Source: Amphiscolops sp. MND2022
Taxonomy: Eukaryota
Reading direction: 5' to 3'
NCBI GenBank assembly: GCA_964187785.1
Contig: OZ076409.1
Span: 54,004,001-54,068,000 of the forward strand
DNA length: 64,000 nt
In this document: piece by piece, positions 37,668 through 49,800 of the stretch
How positions within the stretch are numbered: position 1 is the stretch's first letter
Layout: the number at the start of each line of letters is the position of its first letter
Notes under the pieces: generated by a model
Told to the model about the DNA's origin: nothing
Databases searched by the model: none
The model's input: the letters and a program-made list of their open reading frames with translations, nothing else
Program-made: the position numbers and the translations under genes

Positions 37668-39163
37668 TGGTTAATGTCTTCATCAGAGTAGCTTAGTTGT
37701 TCGTCGTCCTCAGTAATTGCTTGCATTGGATTCATCTGCTTTTGCTGTCGTTTTAAATCTTGTCGTCTAGCCTTGTTGTCGTCCTGTGAATTTGTTGTGT
37801 ATGGAATCTTTCCATATGCAGAGCTGCTTTCCTTGGGAATGCGTCGCCTGCAGTCTCTTGCAGAGTGGCCGGTGTATCCACAAATCTGGCAAACCAGCTT
37901 GGGATTGTACTTCGGTTTGTCTGTGTCGGTTGCTTTCTTCATCGGAATTGCATCTTCTTTCTTAATGCCGTTTGCTTCGTCACGTTGTCGGGCGCGGCAT
38001 TCTGTTTTGCGGTGACCTGTCTTTCCGCAGTAGAAGCATTGTCCCTCAAATCGTTTTCGTTCTGTCGGTTGTGTTGTCGTCGTTGTTGCTGGTTTAATCG
38101 TTGTGTTGGTCGTTGGGACCGAGGAGGTGACCGCGTTAAATGGTTGAATTGTCGTAGGTGGCGCAACGTACTGTTGGTACTGGTACTTTCTCATCAAGTA
38201 TGTCTTGATTTCTTCTGGAGAGCTCTCCTCCTTATTGGTCATCGTAGGTTCTTGTTGTATTTCGACTGGGAGTTTACCGAACAAGAACATTTTGATGATT
38301 TTATCCTCTTCTTCCCCAAATGCTTGTTTCGCAATCGTTTTCAAGTTTTTGAGGAAGTCGCTGAATGTTTCTGTGGTGGGATCGTAACGGGCTTGATCCC
38401 ATTTGTATCGAGCTACTTCTTTAAGATCCTCTTTCGCGAATTCTTTCCTGAAGAGGTCGAGAACATCTTCCAGCGTTGTTAGTGGCGTTATCTGGATGGA
38501 TTGCCAGTACTCTATTGCATCATCTCTCAAAAGGCTTTGAAAGAAGTGGAGTTTGTTCTCTTCGGTGATTTTGTTGGCGAGCGGGCTAAGGTGGTTGAGG
38601 AGAAGGTGCTCGAATTCCACGAATTTGTCTTTTTGGCCTCTGAAATTTGGGACGTGTGTCTGTAGTAATTTCGTGTTGGTGGTGGTGCTTTTGATTCGTT
38701 GGGGGATCGTCTCGATTGCATTGAGTAGTCGTTCCTCATTGCTTCTAGGAGTTGATTCACCTTCTTCGTCCGAGTCGTCTTCCTGGTATCGCCTGAAGTT
38801 TGTGAAGCTGGATGTCGGGCGGGTGGAGCGGGTTTCTGTAACTCCTGTCACCAAGTCGAACCCCACTCTGTGGGTCGGCTTTGAAGAACTTTGCGATGAC
38901 GAAGGTAAGTTATTTTCGTCATTTTTACCAATAACTGCCATTAATAAGTTCTTCAGTTGACTAAATTCGCTTTGTAACTCATTTATCTTCCTCTCATAGT
39001 TCTCTTTTATTTCAGACAACTGGGACGAGATATCTGAAGCCTCATTGGTGTCAGAATCGTTGGAGGATGTTTGAGCCATATCCGGATCTGCTGGTGAAGG
39101 CGTTTCTAATGAAGAATTAATGATTTTACCGTTTCTAAGCTCGGTACCTTGATCCGGGTTCAT
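37658..39163 (-). CDS. gag: Element A Gag (501 aa), starting inside the 5' LTR
   Basis: Capsid-like region and two CCHC knuckles (CFYCGKTGHRKTEC, CQICGYTGHSARDC). The ATG lies 310 nt inside the LTR. Confidence 0.95.
   Translation of the reverse strand: MNPDQGTELRNGKIINSSLETPSPADPDMAQTSSNDSDTNEASDISSQLSEIKENYERKINELQSEFSQLKNLLMAVIGKNDENNLPSSSQSSSKPTHRVGFDLVTGVTETRSTRPTSSFTNFRRYQEDDSDEEGESTPRSNEERLLNAIETIPQRIKSTTTNTKLLQTHVPNFRGQKDKFVEFEHLLLNHLSPLANKITEENKLHFFQSLLRDDAIEYWQSIQITPLTTLEDVLDLFRKEFAKEDLKEVARYKWDQARYDPTTETFSDFLKNLKTIAKQAFGEEEDKIIKMFLFGKLPVEIQQEPTMTNKEESSPEEIKTYLMRKYQYQQYVAPPTTIQPFNAVTSSVPTTNTTIKPATTTTTQPTERKRFEGQCFYCGKTGHRKTECRARQRDEANGIKKEDAIPMKKATDTDKPKYNPKLVCQICGYTGHSARDCRRRIPKESSSAYGKIPYTTNSQDDNKARRQDLKRQQKQMNPMQAITEDDEQLSYSDEDINQGF
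37661..37667 (-). promoter_or_regulatory. -1 ribosomal frameshift slippery heptamer G GGU UUU (element A gag/pol)
   Basis: CAG GGT TTT TGA at the gag stop; the -1 frame is the pol frame. Confidence 0.8.
38841..38853 (-). promoter_or_regulatory. Element A primer-binding site, probably tRNA-Leu
   Basis: TGGTGACAGGAGT abuts the 5' LTR. It is one mismatch from TGGTGTCAGGAGT, the complement of the animal tRNA-Leu(CAG) 3' end as I recall it. Confidence 0.8.
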
Positions 39164-41037
39164 ATAGACAAGTGAAAAGAATTATGAGTGAAGACTGGAT
39201 TATCTGAGATGTTGTTTCAATGTATTTTTGCTGATTTAACTGAATATTCGATCTCAAATTCACTAATCTGAAACTGAGATGTTTTAGAAAGAAGTCGTAC
39301 AAATAAGTAAGCAGTTAGGTAAGGAGAAGGAAAACTAGCAAGATATTCAGAAGGAGTTCATCCAATTTTTATCGCAGTCGTAGATGTACCAAGAAGTTAC
39401 TCAGTTTAAATTCCTCAATTTCTGAAGATGAAATAGAGATGTGTTTTTCTGACTTTCGCGTGTTTTAATATCTCACTGATCGGTAGCTTGTCGGTATTCG
39501 GGCTGAGTAATATTTTATGGCGGCCCAAATTACAGCAGTTCACGTGTCTTTTCGGTTGGTAAGACGCTAAATCTCTTACCAACCTTCTCTCTTTGGCTGT
39601 TACCAGCTGGTGTTAAAATGGTAAGTCACGTGACCAGTGTTGTGAACTGCCGCAAAGTGGCCACGCACCATTTTACATCTACATGTGTTAATGGTGTTTA
39701 GTCATCAATTTACAATGTCGCAATTGCCTGCACATAACATCATGGTTTCTATAGTAACTAAAATGGACTCAAATCATTCAATAACGCACTAATTTCAAGC
39801 AAATTTAAGGTAAAGCACACTTTGGGATGGGAAAACGATGTTTTCCGCTGATTCTAGCACCAAAATCAATGATTTAAAACTTGAAGATGGAAATGCGATG
39901 AACTTGTAAGAATATTTGCTGATTTCCAAGTATAGTTTAGCTTTGGATGAAAATGCGATGAATGGTAGTCTTTCTCGCTCGGAAATCAACACAATTCAAA
40001 CTGACGATGACAAAAGGATGAACTCCATGCATAATTTGCCAATTTCCAGCACAGATTCAAGTGACGATGAATTAGGGATGAATTCAGTCGATAAACGCTA
40101 ATTCTAGTACAGGAGAATTTTGGCGATGAGTTTAGGATGAACTTGTCAGTTAAAACAGCAAATACCAAAGCAGTACAAATTGGCGATGAGTTTAGGATGA
40201 ACTCACCCACTAAAATGGTTAATTTTCAGCACAAACGAAATCAAGATGAATTGAGGATGGGTTTACTAAACAAATCAGATAACCAGCACTTTCACTCTTT
40301 TTTAGGATGAATTAGGGATGTACTTTCTCATTTCTCTTCTGTACTAGTGAACGCGATGAATAAAGGATGGACTACTGTTCTTTAGAAATGAGAAGCACAT
40401 TCAGGAATTACTAAATGAAATAATCACGATGAATTAAAGATGAGTTTTACTAGAATAAGTCCCATAAAATCCGTTGATGGATTTCTGATGAAAGTCAGTT
40501 TAAAGTCCCATGTTTTGTTCACTCGCAAACTTTAAGGATGGGATTGCGATGAACTTTGGTTAAAAACACCGTTGAACCCGCTGATGGATCCAAGTGAAAT
40601 TTCTGATCAGATCAAAATCGTCATCAAATTCGACGATGAATTTGTGATGAATTTAATGGAATTTGTCACAACTACATACTCTGAGGCGGGGAGTTAGAAG
40701 TTATATTTTCCATTACTTCCAATATTCCTCGGTCCAGTCTGATCGGAAAACTTCTCTCCCTTGTCGTGACAAACCAATATTTATGAAATATAGCACATTC
40801 AAGGCCAGATTCTGGCAAGATCATTTATGCGGACACCGGAACTAGAGCGCTCAGTATTAAGTAAATATATATAACTCACACTCAGGGGGAAAGGGATTAA
40901 GGTACAAGTAACGTAGAGTTGCTCACAACCATGGCTCTTATTATATGACATCATATTGCCCATATCTAAGTACATAAGACATAATATTTACATTACAGAT
41001 ATTTAGTAGATTATATTTCCATCATGCTGGCATGACA
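38854..41037 (-). repeat. Element A 5' LTR (2184 bp)
   Basis: Direct repeat of 22405-24591 with one 3-bp indel and scattered substitutions. Confidence 0.97.
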
Positions 41038-42445
41038 ACACTTTAATCAATGTGGGAATTGTGGTCATCACTTTAATTGTGTTCGGTTCACTTTAAAGCA
41101 GCAAACTGTTCAAAGGTGACACTTTCTTCATTTTAGTATTCTTTTTTCCACTGAAGCATTTGCGACTTTTTCACTCAATCGATGATTTAGTGAAAACCAT
41201 AAGAAGGGAGCTTTCTAACTTCTGGTTTGTTTTCATTATTCCGTGTGAGTGGCTTCAACTTTTTGCTCTTAAATTTTTTCATGTTGGTGTTCATTGAATT
41301 TTTGGGCTTTTGGCGTTTTTGTTTACAGACGGATTCCGGATTCTGCATTTTGCATGAAAACGGAATATCATTGCAAGATTTAAATTTATTTGGTATTTTA
41401 GTGACTTAGCATTCATGTGACTTGCTGAGTATTTTAGTGACTGATAACCTGAGATCTTAAAAGGAAGAAGAAACATTCGATGTGACCATTGACGGAAATT
41501 CCCGAAAAAGTGCGGAAAATGGCATGGCGAGAAAATGAGAATTTCCAAAAATTAACGGCATTTTTCTCTAACAGAAATTTTTGGAAACACTATTACATTA
41601 CATTACATTACAAAAAAATTTGCACTTCCTATCACTTTTGAGACAGAAAGATGCATTGGAGAATTAATTTCGCTCAGAAAGTTTTTAACAGAAATTTGAA
41701 GTCAACTTCTCCGTAACGGCAACTTTATTCAAACCACAAGATACTTGAAAATTTGCAGGGCTTCTTGTTCCTTCGATTTTTATAACTTTCACGCTAATTG
41801 GCTAATGTTAAAGGCCCTCCGTTGACTAAAAACAAAACTTTCCCTCTCAAAATTATCATTTTCCAAGTTTTCAACATCGAAAAATTTTCTGACGACAGCC
41901 AAATTCTTACATCATGGTGAGATGCAACCTTGCGAGTTTTTTTCCAAAAAAGTAGAACGCTTCGATGAATGCGCTTCGAGATATAACGCTTTGAATAAAA
42001 ACAACGATCAGTGATATCACGTTTTCAGATAGGAAGATAAAAAAACCCAGTCATTTCGTTCAAATTTCAGCGCAATTCCTGACAAAAGGGTTCGCTCCGC
42101 TTGCACTACGCTCGCGTAAAAAAATTGCAAAACTAGGTGCGAACGCACAAAACAGCACAAACTTTTCTAGGTGTAATTAGCACGTCTCTGGTTCATTTGC
42201 TAAGCGTTGCAAGTTTGGCAGGTTTCCACAGCCGTGTGCTGCGACCATTGCAGTTTTTCCAATTCATGTCATGTCCATGGTGAACGCAGCTCAAACTCTT
42301 GAGCTGGGACACCATTTATATTGCATCTCGCAAACTTTGCGCTGGTATTTATTTTAAAATTAGCTCTGGAGCTTCCATACTAGTTTGTAATCATTTAAGA
42401 CTCTGAAAGATGAGACATGTTGTTACTTTGGCTTTTTTTTACTTG

Positions 42446-42902
42446 CCCGGATCCAAATTCATAAGTCTTCCATGCGATTCCATGCATGGAACCATATGGT
42501 TCCATACGATAATTTCATGCCGTTTCCATGCATGGCATCGCATGGAATCATATGGTTCCATGCATGGAATCGCATGGAATCATATGGTTCCATGCATGGA
42601 ATCGCATGGAATCATATGGTTCCATGCATGGAATCGCATGGAATCATATGGTTCCATGTATGGAATCGTATGGAATCATATGGTTCCATGCATGGAATCG
42701 TATGGAATCATATGGTTCCATGCATGGAATCGCATGGAATTATATAATTGTAGACATGAAATCGGATTGAATCATATGGAAAACGAAGGAAACCACAGTA
42801 ATGACATCTGGAAATATCGAAAACATTACAGTAAGATCTAAAACAACAGGTCATGCTTCCATGCATGAAATTGCATGGAAGCCTTATGAATTTGGATCCG
42901 GG
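42446..42902. mobile_element. MITE-like element with ~50-bp imperfect TIRs and an internal 32-bp tandem array
   Basis: CCCGGATCCAAATTCATAAG... and ...CTTATGAATTTGGATCCGGG. Flanked by TG on both sides (possible 2-bp TSD). About 6.5 copies of CATGGAATCATATGGTTCCATGCATGGAATCG at 42541-42740. Confidence 0.85.
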
Positions 42903-43492
42903 TGGTGCTTTTTGAAAGCTAGAAAGAGGGTGATTCTAATCAGGCAAAATGCAAGTCACTTTCAGTAGTGACAAACTGAGATAGAGTGGAGGGCATCAAT
43001 GAAAAGCGGAAACTCAATCGTTACACTCCTTTGAAGCCAAATAGGTTTTTGCGGATGTGGCGTGTTCCGGGCAAAAAAACGTTCCCCAGGATTTCTCCAC
43101 TGTTCACTTGTCGTTACAATAAGTATCTTCCATTAAAAGATACATTTGAGCGTCAATTTTTTTGCATCAATTTAATCATCATTTTATCATCAATTTTATC
43201 ATCAATCATCAAATTTATCATCATTTTATCTATGTTCGGTTGATAGCTAATTTGACAGTGTTTGAAAAATTTTTACCTTCCATTTGAAGTTGCTGGTGAA
43301 TATAGGTCCCATGTTGAAACTGAAAATTCGATGCTTTAATTAAACAGGCTGAGACCGACCCGAGTCGGTGCCCCACTCAAGTTTCAAAACCAAGTTTTCG
43401 TAAAATACAAAGAACACTATTGTTAAATTTTCATCATTTTCTCAGTGCCGAAAAATACTCCAAGGGATACGCACAAGACTCGGAACCACTAT

Positions 43493-45203
43493 TGTCATGA
43501 ACATTACAGTATGTTTTGTCACCACGTTCACTATTAAGAGTAGTTTTAGCTTTCGCGTTGTGCTGAACTTCGGAATAACTTTCCGGTCTCTCATCAGGCC
43601 TCTCCCATCCCCTTCTAGTCTCCTGTCCTGAACCGGCCATAATAACGTTTCGAATCTGGGGCAAAACCTGGTTGTGGATGGCGTCACTTATGGCTCTCTG
43701 GATCTGAGAACTAACACTGTTCATCATCTCATCCATCTCTCTAGATATTCTAGAGTTCAATTCACTCGATAACTTATTGATCTCAGCTTGAGAATCTATA
43801 CTTGCTGAGTTTTGGTCATAACCGGCACAAGTCCCGGCTCCAAGAATTCTATGATCGGAATGAAGGTTCATTTCTTCATTTACCAAATTACTACTGGTAA
43901 TACTTTCCTGCCTCCTAGTGGAAGTTCTATCGAGACTTCCGTCTCTTCCTGTATCATTGAAGTGATTTTCACTAATCCTCTAGATTTCCTTGCTTTCTTT
44001 TGCTTTCTTGTGGTAGGCATTAAGACTGAACCGGGTTGAATACTTGAATTATCAATTCCGGAAAATAACAGTGAAACCGTTTGTATTTATGAACGTCTTT
44101 ATCAAATGGGAAAAGTAAAAGTCTGAGCCTTCCTGCAGGGGTATGGGTATTTATACCTCTGCAAGGATGACACACACATTTTTTACATACTTTGATCAAG
44201 ACAAATCATAGGATTTTACAATCATCATGAGGAAATCCCCGACAATTACATATTTCCGGGGGACATTCAACGAATGGTATTCAAAGTCATCACTTTAAGT
44301 AGCAACTTCAAACGGTCTATCGGTCAGACCTACTTCAAGTGTGATGTAAACAAATATCACAACTTGCATATTTTATAGTGTTAAAAATGAAGGCACGTGC
44401 CGGTACAAGTTTACTGCAAATTAAGCTGAAAATGGAATGTACTACTATGTGTGGAATTCTAATACTGCATCGATATTCACGAAAATACACTCGCATATCA
44501 GAGCCGGAATAGGCCCAAATCCATAACATGTACTGCGCATGTGAAGGACATGGTAAAAAGGCCTCAACCGTCCCTTTATTCAAGTTGGAAATATACAAAC
44601 ATCAAACACCACAAACGTATTTATTTAGGCTAATATCACGATTCTAATAGCTCTGCATAAGTATTGATTCAATTAGGCAATGAAGGTATTATTATGCTTG
44701 AATTGGCCGAAACTGTCCATTTGACTGAGGGACTGGTATAAATTAGCACCGCTTAGTCAATAGGCCTTATCCGGCTATCATAAATAAAGCACTCATAATT
44801 AGCAAAAGCAAAGTTCTGATTGGCTAATAATCGTACTGAAAGTTACATCGCCGAGAAGGGACGTTTTCTCACTTGAACACGTTTCCTTCTCGCGATTAAT
44901 CTGCTTATTGTACGTTGCCGCTTTTATCAAATTTCACACTCTATTTGTAATACAGTAAAACTTTCTTTACAAATCTCAAACCACAACCTGGTTTGGATAG
45001 CTCCAAACCGTAATTTTAACAGACTAATATCACGAACAATTATATAAAAATGCACTTGATTAAACAAAAATGAATGTGATCAACAAATAAGTATAAGTTT
45101 CAGCAAGGGAAAGTTTAAAACGTGGGTAGGGTACCTGGGACGACTTCTTGATTTTCCGCTGACGTCGTTATTAATGTGCCGTCACAGGCGGCAGCCTGCG
45201 ACA
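43493..45203 (-). repeat. Element B 3' LTR (1711 bp)
   Basis: Direct repeat of 57759-59469, highly similar by eye. Confidence 0.97.
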
Positions 45204-45900
45204 CTGCGGGTGCTATAAAGAGGAAAGCTCCGGCGTTGAGACCGTTTTCATAGGCTTCCCTTCTGGTTTTCGTGATGTACTCAGGCTCTCCTCGCGGCTT
45301 GGATCTCGCAACATACCATTCTACCTTCTCTTTCTTTATTGCTTCGGAGGATCTACCACACACCATGCAGCCAGAATACAGTTTATTGCTCACGTTCTCG
45401 TACGGCCTTGTGTTCTGCACATGGAACGACGCATGAAAACCACCCATGGTAGGCTGCATCAGGGGGATGTCCAAACTTGGCCCTCTCTCATGGTCAGGTG
45501 GTGACATAGGTGACTCTGGTACTGGTAATAGAGTCTTGCACATCTCTATTCTTGACTTTCCCAACTTCTTTGAGGGCGCGTAACACATCTCCTGGTCGAA
45601 GTACCTGTGGTCAAATTTCGGAGTCACGTCCGTTTGTATCTGGGAAGAACTGGGGCCAGCTCCTGGTTCGTCTTCTGAAGATTCCTCCATAGTCATTATA
45701 CGGCCCCCAAGTAGCATGGGGCTGGAGGTGACTTCCCTCTCGATTCTTGCAATAAGCTGCTCTGTGTCTGTAGAACAGTCAGTTTCCCAATCTGATGACT
45801 CTTCCTCACTGCTGGAAATGTATATTACTGATCTTTCGGAATCATCTGAATCGTATTCCTCCAGATCGAACAATTTCCTAGCTAAGTTGTATTTGCTCAT
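45115..45900 (-). CDS. Element B sense-strand accessory ORF (261 aa from MSKYNL), ending inside the 3' LTR
   Basis: Part of the 45115-46452 open frame, with ATG at 45900. Acidic N-terminus and CMVC motif. The last 89 nt lie within the LTR. Function unknown. Confidence 0.65.
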   Translation of the reverse strand: MSKYNLARKLFDLEEYDSDDSERSVIYISSSEEESSDWETDCSTDTEQLIARIEREVTSSPMLLGGRIMTMEESSEDEPGAGPSSSQIQTDVTPKFDHRYFDQEMCYAPSKKLGKSRIEMCKTLLPVPESPMSPPDHERGPSLDIPLMQPTMGGFHASFHVQNTRPYENVSNKLYSGCMVCGRSSEAIKKEKVEWYVARSKPRGEPEYITKTRREAYENGLNAGAFLFIAPAVSQAAACDGTLITTSAENQEVVPGTLPTF

Positions 45901-46811
45901 GATTATCTTTTTCGCTATTTTGAAGCTGTTCTGAGTAACTGGATTGAAGAGAAGTTTGTAGTAGAATGAAATTGTCAGTTTTAAGAATTCAGCCGAATCA
46001 GGCCTTTTCCCGAACTTTCCAATTCGGCGGGAGAACCTTAGGTTAATCGTCCCAATCCGTCGTAAACTTTTCTGAATTGAATTTTTACACTGGTTGACAG
46101 CCACTGTTAATTGCTGTTTACCCCCATCTAAGTTGTCATCAAAGAGGGTGTGAACCGCACTCGAGTTGTTGATATCAAATATTTTTTTCTCAAGTAGGTA
46201 ATTAACGGCTTGCCTGAGAGCAATTAACGGCACGCGACTCGAAATACTTCCGAAATGGCTCCAGCCAATCAGAGTTAAGCTTTGACAAATTGTAAAATTG
46301 AATACTAAAAATGGCGAAAATAATAAAACCAAATAATTCAAGATGGCAGAAATCCTAACTAAAGGGTATCTAAGGTAACTGAACGAAACGGCAAAACAAA
46401 ACAGGGCAAACGGCCATAACTGGCCTCTAACTAAATAAGCTGTAAAAAACAAAGTTCTTTGTACATTTCGCTGGCAGACTCCATGTACAGAATAAATATG
46501 TAAATAATCAAATAATATTAGTCTGGTAAATCTCCTTCAGCCACGAACTCCAACTTTCTAATTCATTATATTTATATTCCGATTCAATTCCAGTTCCATT
46601 TGAATTCCGTTTATTCTCCATTTGTATTCTATCTGAAATTTCCTGATCAGCGATTATCTCGATCTATCTCCAGCTTCGTCGCTGACTCTTCTTTTTGTTT
46701 CTCTCCGGAGTACCGCGGATTTCCCTTTTACGACATAGCCGATTCTAGCCTGTTCCCTTTCATCAACTCTATCCAGATCAGGATCAATTCCAGAAAGGCG
46801 CCCTTTGCAGA

Positions 46812-49800
46812 ATGTCTTCAACTACAGGTTGGTTTGAATTTTCATTTTGAACAAACTCAACTTGACCAGGGTTAAATTTTGTTCACAAGATGCTTCCTGT
46901 ATCCACTAATGAGCACATGATACCTCATTTCATTCAAGTTTTCAAGATACTTCCGGAAGTTTTCTAATGCGGTAGAATGGATTTCTTTCAAGGAAGCTTA
47001 CTGCCAAATTTCATCCCCTTCTGTTTAGATAATCAGAATACTGATGAACATCAATTCCAAACCAACACCGCATCTGTCAATCTTGCTGAGCCTTCTCAAA
47101 GTTCGATTCCTGTTCCAGTTTTAAGAGCTACTCCGAATCCAGTTTCTTCTCCGCCTCCATTCCCTCCAATCAGAGCTGTTCACAGTCAAGCTCCACAGAT
47201 GGCTGCCGATTCTCCTTTCAGTAGTGGGAGTAATGTTGACGTCAGGGCTTACGCGGACGAGGTAGTCCAGCGAATGGAAGTCTCACAGGAGCTCATTGAC
47301 ACCAATCTTATTAATCCCACTGAGGAGCGGCCCCTTACGGCTCAAGGTCAAAATACCCCAAATGCGAGTCATGTCTCTGAATTTGTGAGAACCAGGACAC
47401 CAACTCCACCTGAGCAGTCCGGAGCAGAGGAGGTCAGCCTCTCATTGCTTGAATCCACATTGTCAGTGGCACCACAGACACAATCTGGTTTCCCTGAACT
47501 ACAACTTGCCCAGATTCAGACTCATGAGACACCTGCAGTTTCCTTCCTGCATCTTCCGTTCATGAGCCTCCTCCACTTCCCGCAGGAACCGGACAGCTTA
47601 AAACCCCAGGGGACCACAGTGACACCAACCACACTATGGAAACTACTAGTCGGTCCGAAATCCCTCTCTTTTACGCTACCATCCCTTTTGGCGCGGAGTC
47701 AGCGTCGGAAGGGTGTGAAGACTCAGGGTTGGAAGCACATGATCCAGGACCACCAGGGACGTCCAAATTCGTCCATCAACTTTAAGAGGAAGTTTTGCGA
47801 TATCTGTCAGGGCGAAGTAGAGCTATCCTGAAACAGTATTTTGAGACCGACGATCCCTACACCTTCCCGGTCGGGCAGAGGGTCGTAGCCTTCACAGAGC
47901 CACAAGTCTACCATCTGCTTCGAGTCCTGACTGATGAAGCCATAAATATGACTTGTACAACCATGGAAAGGATGGTAATTGGAGCTGTCAAAGGGACACC
48001 AGTGACTGTCCCATCACAAGCCGAGAAGTTTCGAACGCGGGACCGAACTCCCACCCCAGGACCTAATCAACCAGCTGAGTCTAGTTCCGATGGATTCTCA
48101 GCTGAACTTGGCTCTGGGCCTGGTTCCCAACTTGACTTGAGCACGCTTCAGGATGTTAGCGATTTCCCCTATCTTGCAGATAGCGATAACTCCACAGAAA
48201 AGGCCCTGATTGATCAGGTTTATAGTAAGACTGTTCCCGAGAGCCTCTCCACAGCGGCACAACAGAGACAGCCATTAGATTCGTCAGGGGAAGGGGCTGA
48301 AACAGCAGAAAAGAGTAGCCTCGACGTCACCTTATCCGAGGTCCCTGATCGGCTCCCTGACCGAAAGTCCCGCCAAGGGGTAACGACGACTAAGAAGGGC
48401 AAATCCAAGAGGGTTCCAAGACGAGGAGTACCAATGCGCGAGGAGTTCTTCTCTAAGATTGGGTGGACTAGGTCCTTCATTTCCGGCCCGGCGGATCCTC
48501 TGCATAACCCTCACATGGTGTGGTGCCACATGTGCAAGAAGAATTTCAGCATCAACACCAAGGGCACCATGGAGATCCTGCGTCATCACAGGACGGAAAA
48601 ACACCTCCGCCGCGACCAAAGATGGCGGTATGAACATCTCAAGACCATTGATGATGTGACCGGGAAGGTCCAGCACAAAGTTCGCGGGAGGGATGGCAAA
48701 ATCCTCAACAAGATTGACCTCGCACATGAGTTTCCCAAGTTCATTCACGCGGAACTTGTTGACGTTGGCGTGAGACATCCTTTCTACGAGGACTACTTGA
48801 AAGGACACGCCTTTGCTCCAGTTACTCCCCAATCGCGGTTGCAAACCCAAATTTGTCTCTTGGGAGACTTCGTCCAGGACTCAGGCAACCTAACCATCCT
48901 CCGTAGATTGTGGGCAAGGGCAGGGAGTTATACTGGATTCCAGGCAGCTTTCCAGGATTTTGACTGGAGCGAAGATCACATCATGGTAAATTCACCCGTT
49001 TGTTCTCTTGTAAGGTTATACGTAGCGTAAGAGCGACTTGTGGGAATGAGATCACACAATCATCCAAATTTGTTCCGTTTCAGGCCATTTTCCAACACGT
49101 CTTCAACTGCATGATGGAGGACGTGGCCGAACAGGTCGTCGCTTCCCAACACTTTGGGATTGAATTCGAGAAGAGAGGAGCTAACCGCTTCATGTCTCTT
49201 CGATTCTGGAAGGGTGCGAAACTTTGCCGCATCTTCATCTGTCGAAGTAGTCTTGCTAGCGTTGGGCTCACTGAAGAATTGGGTTCTCTGTCTCGACTAT
49301 TGTCCGTCGTTTCAACTACTCCCGACGTAGTCGCGATTTCAGGATGTGCCGTCGACTTGATAAGGACAGTGGACCAACATCCTTCCTATCCACGAGGGGT
49401 TCAAAGTTGCTTCCGCTTCGAGTCACTTGACCTGAGGACCTTAATGCACAAGATGAACTACAGCGTCTTTGGGCATATAGACATGTTTTCCGTCCTCCAA
49501 AGGCTTCTGGTCTCGCTTGGGGGTTGTCTAACTGAGGACTGGGTCACGTAATCAGCTGAACTTGTCCGGGTAAGTCTACGTTGTGAATCTAATCTGCACA
49601 ACACCGGTGACGGGGGGTGGTAGTCAACGACAGTTAGGACTTCGATCATATGAACTACTTTGTTTAGGCCATCACGACCTGTAAGCTGGAAGTAGCCAAA
49701 ATACCTGATTTGTGTCGCGATCTGCTGAAAAGGTGGAAGTCGGTCCTCCGCTACCTCACTATACACTCGCACCGACAGGAAAACCAGGGGGTCCACAACA

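Larger units (their letters stand above)
22405..41037 (-). mobile_element. Element A: full-length giant Ty3/Gypsy LTR retrotransposon (18.6 kb)
   Basis: Near-identical LTRs 22405-24591 and 38854-41037. 5-bp TSD ACACT at 22400-22404 and 41038-41042. PBS after the 5' LTR. gag then PR-RT-RH-IN order. Confidence 0.97.

Noticed and set aside
32921..38960. Short plus-strand ORFs overlapping gag-pol, and equivalents in 52239-58305
   Set aside because: Antisense shadows of the long coding frames; no motifs or splice structure.
42410..42841. Repetitive ORFs and a CRISPR-like appearance
   Set aside because: Head-to-tail 32-bp units without unique spacers, inside a TIR element; eukaryotic context and no cas genes.
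45901..46452. Hydrophobic N-terminal extension of the 445-aa ORF
   Set aside because: Starts at TTG, lies in the AT-rich promoter-like spacer and has no ATG until 45900; probably not translated.
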